A DNA stretch of 64,000 nt, taken from Sphingopyxis sp. (GTDB lineage: Bacteria > Pseudomonadota > Alphaproteobacteria > Sphingomonadales > Sphingomonadaceae). The stretch spans positions 14,299-78,298 of the forward strand of contig NZ_DATAJZ010000020.1 in assembly GCF_036261875.1 (NCBI RefSeq), given 5' to 3'. A program made the translations under genes and the position numbers. This document shows, piece after piece, positions 57,695-64,000 of this stretch. The stretch's first letter is position 1, and each line of letters begins with the position of its first letter. The notes under the pieces are model-generated. The model ran no database searches and was not told the origin of the DNA. It saw only the letters and a list, made by a program, of their open reading frames with translations.

Positions 57695-58006
57695 ATGAAC
57701 AGCCACAAACTCGCCAGTCTCATCGCCGCGTCGGCGACCGCGGTCGCGCTTTCGGGCGCCGCGCTCGCCGCCGATCCGGCGCCGCACGCCAAGCGCGTCG
57801 GCGCGAGCGACACGGTCAAATGCTATGGCGTCAACAGTTGCAAGGGCACCTCGGACTGCAAGACCGAGGCGAGCTCGTGCAGCGGCGACGCCGGATGCAG
57901 CACCGCAGGCAATAGCTGCGCGGGCGCGAACAGCTGCAAGGGCAAGGGCTTCAAGAAGCTCGCCGCGGGTAAATGCCTGACCGACGGCGGCAAGATCGCG
58001 GTCTGA
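57695..58006 (+). CDS. bufA: Bufferin-type RiPP precursor (DUF2282/BufA-like), Sec signal peptide, 8 Cys
   Basis: Signal peptide ending ALA|AD. The core runs [53 protein letters not shown]. It lies directly upstream of the DUF692 and DUF2063 genes. Confidence 0.7.
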   Translation: MNSHKLASLIAASATAVALSGAALAADPAPHAKRVGASDTVKCYGVNSCKGTSDCKTEASSCSGDAGCSTAGNSCAGANSCKGKGFKKLAAGKCLTDGGKIAV

Positions 58007-58017
58007 CGACAACGGAC

Positions 58018-58039
58018 GGGTCCGGCCGGCGCCGGACCC
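58018..58039 (+). promoter_or_regulatory. GC hairpin between the precursor and the MNIO gene
   Basis: GGGTCCGGC-CGGC-GCCGGACCC, 12 nt after the precursor stop, with no U-tract. Confidence 0.4.
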
Positions 58040-58061
58040 GAACCGCCGACGGAGAGCGAGC

Positions 58062-58913
58062 GTGCGCGCAGAGGATTGCCGGACAGTGCCGTCGCCGGGC
58101 TTCGGCCTTGGCCTGCGCCCCGATCATTATCCCGATTTTCTTGAGCGACCGCAGCCGGTCGAATGGCTGGAGATCATCTCCGAAAATTACATGGTGCCGG
58201 GCGGACGCCCGCTCGCCATGCTCGACCGCATCCGCGCCGATTATCCGATGGTGATGCACGGCGTGTCGCTGTCGATCGGTTCCGACGAGCCGTTCGACCG
58301 GGATTATCTGGCCGACCTCAAGGCGCTGGCCGAGCGGGTCGAGCCGCTGTGGATTTCGGACCATCTCTGCTGGACCGGGATCGACGCGCACAACAGCCAC
58401 GACCTGCTGCCGCTCCCCTATGACGCGCCGGCGCTGCGATGCGTCGTCGACAATATCGGCCGCGTGCAGGATATTCTCGGCCGCCGCATCCTGATCGAGA
58501 ATCCGTCGAGCTATGTCACCTTTCGCTCGTCGGATCGCAGCGAGTGGGATTTTCTCGCCGACATGGCCGAACGCGCCGACTGCCTGCTGCTGCTCGACGT
58601 CAACAATATTTACGTCAGCGCGCGCAATCACGGCTTCGACCCGCTCGATTATCTCGCCGGCCTGCCCGCGCACCGCATCCAGCAGATCCACCTCGCCGGC
58701 CACAGCGACATGGGCGACTATGTCATCGACACCCACGACGCCGACGTCTGCGATGCGGTGTGGGACCTTTATGCGCGGGCGATCAATATGTTCGGCCCCG
58801 TGGCGACGATGATCGAGCGCGACGACGCCATTCCACCGCTCGCCGACGTGATCGCCGAACTCGACCGCGCGCGGACGGTCGCCGCGCGGGTGCTGGAGGG
58901 CGCCGATGCCTGA
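58062..58913 (+). CDS. bufB: DUF692 / MNIO-family (multinuclear non-heme iron oxidase) RiPP maturase
   Basis: GGAGAG precedes GTG 58062. Motifs [50 protein letters not shown] and DTHD. Confidence 0.8.
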   Translation: MRAEDCRTVPSPGFGLGLRPDHYPDFLERPQPVEWLEIISENYMVPGGRPLAMLDRIRADYPMVMHGVSLSIGSDEPFDRDYLADLKALAERVEPLWISDHLCWTGIDAHNSHDLLPLPYDAPALRCVVDNIGRVQDILGRRILIENPSSYVTFRSSDRSEWDFLADMAERADCLLLLDVNNIYVSARNHGFDPLDYLAGLPAHRIQQIHLAGHSDMGDYVIDTHDADVCDAVWDLYARAINMFGPVATMIERDDAIPPLADVIAELDRARTVAARVLEGADA

Positions 58914-59679
58914 GCCGCTGCGCGAGGTTCAGCGGCGCTTTCTCGCGGCGATCATCGAGGACGATGCGGGCGCCGGGGCGCTGATCGTCAACGACGCGCG
59001 CGTTGGCGCGGCGAAGCGGCTTGCCATCTATCGCAACAATTACCGCGCCAGCCTGACCGGCGTGCTCGCCGACCATCACGAGCGGCTGCACGCCTGGCTC
59101 GGCGACGAGCAGTTCGACACGGTCGCGGGCGCCTATGTCGCCGCGCACCCCTCGACGACGCGCAACCTCCGCCATTATGGCGGCGGTTTCGCGGCCTTCC
59201 TGGCCGAGCATTTCCCGGACGACGGCGAACTCGCCGAGCTGGCGCGGCTCGACTGGGCGCTGCGCGCGGCGTTCGACGCGCCCGATGGTCCGGCGCTCGA
59301 TGCCGTGCGCGTGACCGCGCTGGGCGAGACGTGGCTCGAGCAGCCGCTGAGGCTCCATCCGTCCGCGAGTCTGCTCTCGGCGCGCTTCAACGTCGCGGCG
59401 CTATGGCGCGCGCTCGACGCCGGGGAAGAGCCGCCCGAACCGGTCGAGCTCACGGCGCCGGTCGTGCTGCTCGTCTGGCGGAACGGCCTGCAACCGCAAT
59501 TCCGCAGCCTGTCCGCAGCCGAAGCCGCGGCGCTGGCGCGCCTCGAAGCGGGCGCGACCTTCACCGGGCTCAGCGCCCATGTCATCGAAGCGGTGGGGGA
59601 AGCCGTCGCGATGGAGGAACTCGCCGGCTGGCTCGGCCAATGGCTCGCTGATGGGGTGCTGGTGCTTGGGTTAGACTGA
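58906..59679 (+). CDS. bufC: DUF2063 protein (BufC-like MNIO partner)
   Basis: 8-nt overlap with buf[14 protein letters not shown] and [12 protein letters not shown] patterns. Confidence 0.7.
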   Translation: MPEPLREVQRRFLAAIIEDDAGAGALIVNDARVGAAKRLAIYRNNYRASLTGVLADHHERLHAWLGDEQFDTVAGAYVAAHPSTTRNLRHYGGGFAAFLAEHFPDDGELAELARLDWALRAAFDAPDGPALDAVRVTALGETWLEQPLRLHPSASLLSARFNVAALWRALDAGEEPPEPVELTAPVVLLVWRNGLQPQFRSLSAAEAAALARLEAGATFTGLSAHVIEAVGEAVAMEELAGWLGQWLADGVLVLGLD

Positions 59680-59693
59680 AACCCTGCCTTATC

Positions 59694-59773
59694 TCGTCAT
59701 CCCGGCGAAGGCCGGGATCTCACCGTCTCGACCTGGCGCACCGGCGGGATCCCGGCCTTCGCCGGGATGACGA
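59694..59773. repeat. Family B double-hairpin element
   Basis: CTCGTCATCCCGGCGAAGGCCGGGATC, a spacer, then GGGATCCCGGCCTTCGCCGGGATGACG. Confidence 0.85.
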
Positions 59774-59794
59774 TCGATCAGGAAGGATCGCACT

Positions 59795-60826
59795 CTAACC
59801 CTTCGCCGTCACCTGCCGCAACACCGCGCGGTAATGCGGCGCGATCGTCATCGCCTCATGCTGACCCTGCCGGCCGAGCATCGCGTGGACCGCGGGCAGG
59901 CGATAGCAGGGGACGCCCATGAACAGATGATGCTCGGCGTGATAATTCACCCAATAGGGCGCGACCGTCGCCCGCGCGATCCAGCCCGCGTGCGTCGTGC
60001 GCGCATGGGTGAAGGGATCCTCGCTTCCGGTCGTGGTGCACGCATGTTCGGCGATGTTGCGGATGCGGAGGTATAGCTGAAAGGTGGTCGCGAGCGCGGC
60101 GATCCACAGCAGCCAGGGCGTCCAGCCATAGAGCAGCAGCGACGCCGCGAGCAGCACCGCCTGCACCAGCAGAAAGCGCCCGACCGCGCGGGTCACCGCC
60201 ATCGCGCCCGCGACGTCGACCGTCGGTGACGTCACGCCGTCATCCGACTGCTTGTTGAAGGGCGTGCCCGCCTTGGTGCTCGCCCCCCTCTTGTCGCCCC
60301 GCTCGCCGCGCAGCATCGCCTGCAGACCTTTGAAGGCATAGCCGAACTGCGCCATGCGCTGCTTGAAGAAGGTCTGTCCGGTCAGGTCGCGCAATATCTT
60401 GCGCCCCAGGCTGGCGCGCGTGGTCGGGAAGGGTTTCGACAGCGACAGGTCGGGGTCTTCGGGCTGCTGCGTATATTTATGATGCTGCAGATGATAGGTG
60501 CGATAGGCGATCAGGTCCGATCCGGCGGCCGATCCGGTCAGCCATTGGCCGAGGAAATTATTCACTTTTCTGTTGGGGTGCAGCAGGCCGTGCGCAGCCT
60601 CGTGCATCAGGATCGCCAGGCCGAGCTGACGCCCGCCGACGATGATAATCGCGAGCAGCCAGGCGAGCGGATGACCGCTCCACGCCGCGAGGCCCACCGC
60701 CGCGATGCTGACGATCCAGGCATGGGCGACCAGCCAGACACCGCGCCAGCGCGAGGGGGCAGTGATCGCGGCCCATTCGGTGCGATCGAAGAAGCGGTTG
60801 GGCGGCAGAAGGCGGACAGCGGACAT
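59795..60826 (-). CDS. Membrane fatty acid desaturase family protein
   Basis: Histidine boxes HEAAHG, HLQHHKY and HAEHHLF. Confidence 0.8.
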   Translation of the reverse strand: MSAVRLLPPNRFFDRTEWAAITAPSRWRGVWLVAHAWIVSIAAVGLAAWSGHPLAWLLAIIIVGGRQLGLAILMHEAAHGLLHPNRKVNNFLGQWLTGSAAGSDLIAYRTYHLQHHKYTQQPEDPDLSLSKPFPTTRASLGRKILRDLTGQTFFKQRMAQFGYAFKGLQAMLRGERGDKRGASTKAGTPFNKQSDDGVTSPTVDVAGAMAVTRAVGRFLLVQAVLLAASLLLYGWTPWLLWIAALATTFQLYLRIRNIAEHACTTTGSEDPFTHARTTHAGWIARATVAPYWVNYHAEHHLFMGVPCYRLPAVHAMLGRQGQHEAMTIAPHYRAVLRQVTAKG

Positions 60827-60939
60827 GGTTCACCCTAACAAGTTGCGAAGCGAAACCCAACCCCTTCCATTCTGGCACAGCAATGGGGGCAATCGGCGGT
60901 CGGCGGTAAGGATTTGGTAACCCGCCTGCGGACAGAGGG

Positions 60940-63615
60940 ATGGTTGGACCAGACGAGCGGGATGGGCGGAATTTGGGGGTTCGATTCAACATCGTACGGC
61001 CGGCGGCCAGCGATTTGCCCGAAGGGGAATCGTTGCTCGCGACACCGGAGTTCGTGGCGCGCCTGATGCGTGTCGCGCAGCTCTGGCACTATGTCCTTAT
61101 CGCCCGCGTGCTGGCCTTTTTCGCCTTTGCCTTCTTTCCCGGCGTTGCGGGTTTTCTCGCGCGTCCGTCGCTGTGGCTGGTCATGGCCGCCGGCCTTGGT
61201 TGCGACCTTGTGCTGACGATCCTCGGCCAGCTTTCGCGAGTCCGGCCGCCGCCTTCGGGCCGCTGGCTGCGGCGCGGGGTCGGGGCCTGCTTCGCGTTTC
61301 TCATTGCCGGAACGATGCTGCATTCGGCGGCGATGTTCGCCGCGACCGCGGCGCACGACGGCCGCCTCTATTTCGATGCCTTTTCGGCCATCAAGCTCGG
61401 CTCGATCCTCGTCGCCGCCGCCGCCGCGGCGATCGTCCGCCCGGCCTTTTTCGCCTTTGCCGGGGCGATGGCGCTCGGCGGCGCGATCGGTATCGCCTCG
61501 TGGCCGTTCGGGGTGGCGGGGCTCGTCTTCCTCGGGCTCCTCATCGTCATGTTGCGCGAGGATGTCCGGCACCAGCGCCGCGCCACGCACGTCAGCCGGC
61601 GGACGATCAGCGAGCAGCAGCGCGCGCTTGGGCTGATGCGCGATTTCGAGCGGGCGGGGCGTGGCTGGTTCTGGGAAACCGACCGTTATGGCCATCTCGT
61701 CTATATCTCGCCCCCGGTCGCGGCCAAGCTGGGCATCCCGCAATCGGACCTTTTCGGCCGGCCGTTCACCGACCTGATCCGCAAGCGCGTCGGCAATGAC
61801 GAGAGCGAGGAGCGGACGCTGGGATTCAGCCTGTCATCGCGGACGCCCTTCAACGAACTGACCGTCCAGGCGGCGGTGTCGGGCGAGGAACGCTGGTGGT
61901 CGATATCGGGCCATCCGATCAGCAACGAGCTCGGCAATTTCCAGGGTTTTCGCGGCAGCGGCACCGACCTTACCGACAAGAAACGGTCGGAGCGCGAGAT
62001 CAACCAGCTCGCGCGCTATGACACGCTCACCGGCCTCGCCAACCGGCTCCACATCACCGACCTGCTCGAACGCGCGCTGCGCAATCATATGGGGCAGGCG
62101 CAGCCGTGCGCGCTGCTGCTGATGGACCTCGACCGCTTCAAGGCGGTCAACGACACGCTCGGCCATCCGGTCGGCGACCAGTTGCTGCAACAGGTCGCGG
62201 GGCGCCTGACCCAGATCGTCGGCGACAAGGGGCAGGTGGGGCGGCTCGGCGGCGACGAGTTCCAGATCGTGCTGCCGCAGATCGTCCAGCCCGAGAAACT
62301 GGCCGGGATCGCCAATGCGATCATCCTCAGCCTCGCCAAGCCCTTCGCGATCGAGGGCGAGCAGGTGCGGATCGGTTCGTCGATCGGCATCGCGGTGTCC
62401 GAAGGGCAGGGGGTGTCCTCGTCGGCGCTCGTCCGTAACGCCGACCTCGCGCTCTACGCGGCCAAGGATGCGGGGCGCGGCGTCTATCGTTTCTACGCCG
62501 ACGCGATGCACAATCAGGCGAGCGAGCGAAAGGCGATCGAGGATGCGCTGCGCGACGCGCTAGCCCGGGACGAGTTGGCTTTGCTCTATCAGCCGATCGT
62601 CGATGTGAAGCGCGAGTATGTCACTGGCTTCGAGGCGCTGATCCGCTGGCGGCGCGAGGGCGGCGAGGTCGTCAGTCCGTCGAAATTCATTCCCATCGCC
62701 GAGGAATCGAACCTGATCGTGCCGATCGGCGAATGGATCATCCGCACCGCCTGCGCGACGATCGCGCGGCTCGGCCCCGGCTACCGCGTCGCGGTCAATG
62801 TCTCGCCGCGCCAGTTCGCCAATGAAAAGCTGCCCGCGACGATCCTGAACGCGGTCGCGGCGGCAGGGATCGAACCCGGGCAGCTCGAGCTCGAGATCAC
62901 CGAAGGCGTCTTCCTCGACGAAAGCCCGGAAAATCTGGAGATGTTCCAGAAATTGAAGCGCACCGGCGTGCGGCTTGCGCTCGACGATTTCGGCACCGGC
63001 TATTCGGCGCTTGGCTATCTGAAGAAGGCGCCGTTCGACAAGATCAAGATCGACCAGAGCTTCGTGCTCGGCGCCGTCGACAGGAGCAGCATGAACGCCG
63101 CGATCATCTCGTCGATCGTCGGCCTCGCGACCGCGCTCGACATGGAGACGACCGCCGAGGGGGTGGAGACGCACGACGACCTCGCGCTCGTCCGCGCGCT
63201 CGGCTGTAGCCACGTCCAGGGCTATATCTATGGGCGTCCGATGGAATTGGGCGAGGTGCTGGCGCTGCTGCGCGAGGGCGGCGGAGCGGTGGTCGCGCGC
63301 GGCTTCAAAAGCGCGCGCGAGCCCCGGATGCGGACCTTCCGCAGAATTCAAGTGGAAAGCGGCGGCTATCACTACGAAGCCATTGTCCGCAACCTGTCGT
63401 CGCGCGGCGCGCTGATCGAGGGGCTGTGGAACGTGCCCGAAGGCACGACGCTGACGCTGGAGCTGACCCCCGACGTCCGGCTCGATGCCGAGGCGCGCTG
63501 GTCGGCGGGCAATCGCGTCGGGGTGCGCTTTGTCGAAGCGATCGACATGACGGTCTTCGCCGGCCCCCCGGCGCAGCCCCGAGCCTTCAAGCAGCGCGCC
63601 TATCGCGCGGCCTGA
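60940..63615 (+). CDS. Membrane-anchored PAS-GGDEF-EAL protein with a C-terminal PilZ domain
   Basis: About 6 TM segments and a PAS-like region (WFWETDRYGHLVYIS). GGDEF motif (RLGGDEFQIV). EAL motifs (EALIRW, DDFGTGYS, KIDQSF, EGVET). PilZ motifs (RMRTFRR...NLSSRG). Start uncertain (60940 or 61066). Confidence 0.85.
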   Translation: MVGPDERDGRNLGVRFNIVRPAASDLPEGESLLATPEFVARLMRVAQLWHYVLIARVLAFFAFAFFPGVAGFLARPSLWLVMAAGLGCDLVLTILGQLSRVRPPPSGRWLRRGVGACFAFLIAGTMLHSAAMFAATAAHDGRLYFDAFSAIKLGSILVAAAAAAIVRPAFFAFAGAMALGGAIGIASWPFGVAGLVFLGLLIVMLREDVRHQRRATHVSRRTISEQQRALGLMRDFERAGRGWFWETDRYGHLVYISPPVAAKLGIPQSDLFGRPFTDLIRKRVGNDESEERTLGFSLSSRTPFNELTVQAAVSGEERWWSISGHPISNELGNFQGFRGSGTDLTDKKRSEREINQLARYDTLTGLANRLHITDLLERALRNHMGQAQPCALLLMDLDRFKAVNDTLGHPVGDQLLQQVAGRLTQIVGDKGQVGRLGGDEFQIVLPQIVQPEKLAGIANAIILSLAKPFAIEGEQVRIGSSIGIAVSEGQGVSSSALVRNADLALYAAKDAGRGVYRFYADAMHNQASERKAIEDALRDALARDELALLYQPIVDVKREYVTGFEALIRWRREGGEVVSPSKFIPIAEESNLIVPIGEWIIRTACATIARLGPGYRVAVNVSPRQFANEKLPATILNAVAAAGIEPGQLELEITEGVFLDESPENLEMFQKLKRTGVRLALDDFGTGYSALGYLKKAPFDKIKIDQSFVLGAVDRSSMNAAIISSIVGLATALDMETTAEGVETHDDLALVRALGCSHVQGYIYGRPMELGEVLALLREGGGAVVARGFKSAREPRMRTFRRIQVESGGYHYEAIVRNLSSRGALIEGLWNVPEGTTLTLELTPDVRLDAEARWSAGNRVGVRFVEAIDMTVFAGPPAQPRAFKQRAYRAA

Positions 63616-63624
63616 CCGCGCGAG

Positions 63625-64000
63625 CTACTCCGCGACCCGGCCGCGCGCCATCACCCAATCGACCGATTCGAGCGTGCGCACGTCGGTCAGCGGGTCGCCG
63701 TCGACCGCGATCATGTCGGCCGATAGTCCCGGCGCGATGCGGCCGATCTCGTCCTCCATCGACAGGAGCCGCGCCGCGACCGTCGTCGCGCTCGCCAAGG
63801 CTTCGCGCGGAGTCAGCCCATATTTTACCAGCAGCGCAAACTCGCCCGCGTTGCGGCCATGCTCGAACACCCCGGCGTCGGTGCCGAAGGCGATCGGCAC
63901 GCCCATCTCCTTCGCGCGCGCCATCGCCTTGCCGACGTCGTTCAGCGTCATGCGGACCTTTTCCTCGACCGTCGGCGTGTAGATGCCCTTGCCCAGCCGC
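63625..64000 (-). CDS. Amidohydrolase-family protein (C-terminal part, 5' end outside window)
   Basis: The frame stays open to the window end. GTDAG...H and ADMIAVDGDPL motifs, typical of metal-dependent amidohydrolases. Confidence 0.7.
   Translation of the reverse strand, partial: RLGKGIYTPTVEEKVRMTLNDVGKAMARAKEMGVPIAFGTDAGVFEHGRNAGEFALLVKYGLTPREALASATTVAARLLSMEDEIGRIAPGLSADMIAVDGDPLTDVRTLESVDWVMARGRVAE

Noticed and set aside
10204-59773. Whether the many dispersed repeats could be a CRISPR array.
   Set aside because: The repeats are internally palindromic, belong to several unrelated families and are scattered singly in intergenic regions kilobases apart. There are no regularly spaced direct repeats with unique spacers and no cas genes.
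1-64000. A search for tRNA, rRNA, tmRNA, SRP RNA or RNase P RNA, and for transposase, integrase or phage genes.
   Set aside because: Every intergenic region over 100 nt is accounted for by palindromic repeats, promoters, leaders or terminators. None shows cloverleaf or other conserved RNA signatures. No ORF shows DDE, tyrosine-recombinase or serine-recombinase motifs. This was a by-eye scan, so tRNAscan, Infernal and ISfinder runs would be decisive.

Overview
This is a high-GC (about 65%) alphaproteobacterial chromosomal segment. Gene content, synteny and the dense intergenic palindromic repeats point to a sphingomonad, possibly Sphingopyxis-like; that is inference, since no search was run.

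Most of the window is conserved core genome:
- A complete dcw cell-wall and division cluster: ftsI (5' truncated), murE, murF, mraY, murD, ftsW, murG, murC, murB, ddl, ftsQ, ftsA, ftsZ. Most junctions have overlapping stop and start codons. A TPR/SPOR protein and a dGTPase-like gene follow.
- A tandem glycine riboswitch in front of gcvT-gcvH-(GT-A-like ORF)-gcvPA-gcvPB.
- aroQ-accB-accC, thiS-(VOC)-thiG, pyrC, ygfZ, rpmF-plsX-fabH, ihfA-merR, a DinG/XPD-like helicase, and a class I LysRS.
- Two L,D-transpeptidases, a ParE-type toxin-antitoxin pair, and c-di-GMP proteins.

The most interesting locus is 57695-59679. It is a three-gene bufferin-type RiPP operon: a Sec-signal Cys-rich precursor, a DUF692/MNIO oxidase and a DUF2063 partner. 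The precursor has 8 quasi-periodic cysteines, and no DoxX gene or regulator lies nearby.

The second notable feature is repeat density. At least six families of palindromic or MITE-like elements (about 20 copies) occupy nearly every longer intergenic region. No transposase, integrase, tRNA, rRNA or CRISPR array was seen.

CDS coordinates come from the supplied ORF track, with some starts reassigned. Non-CDS coordinates were hand-counted and may be off by 1-2 nt. Family and domain names are recognised from sequence motifs, not from database searches.
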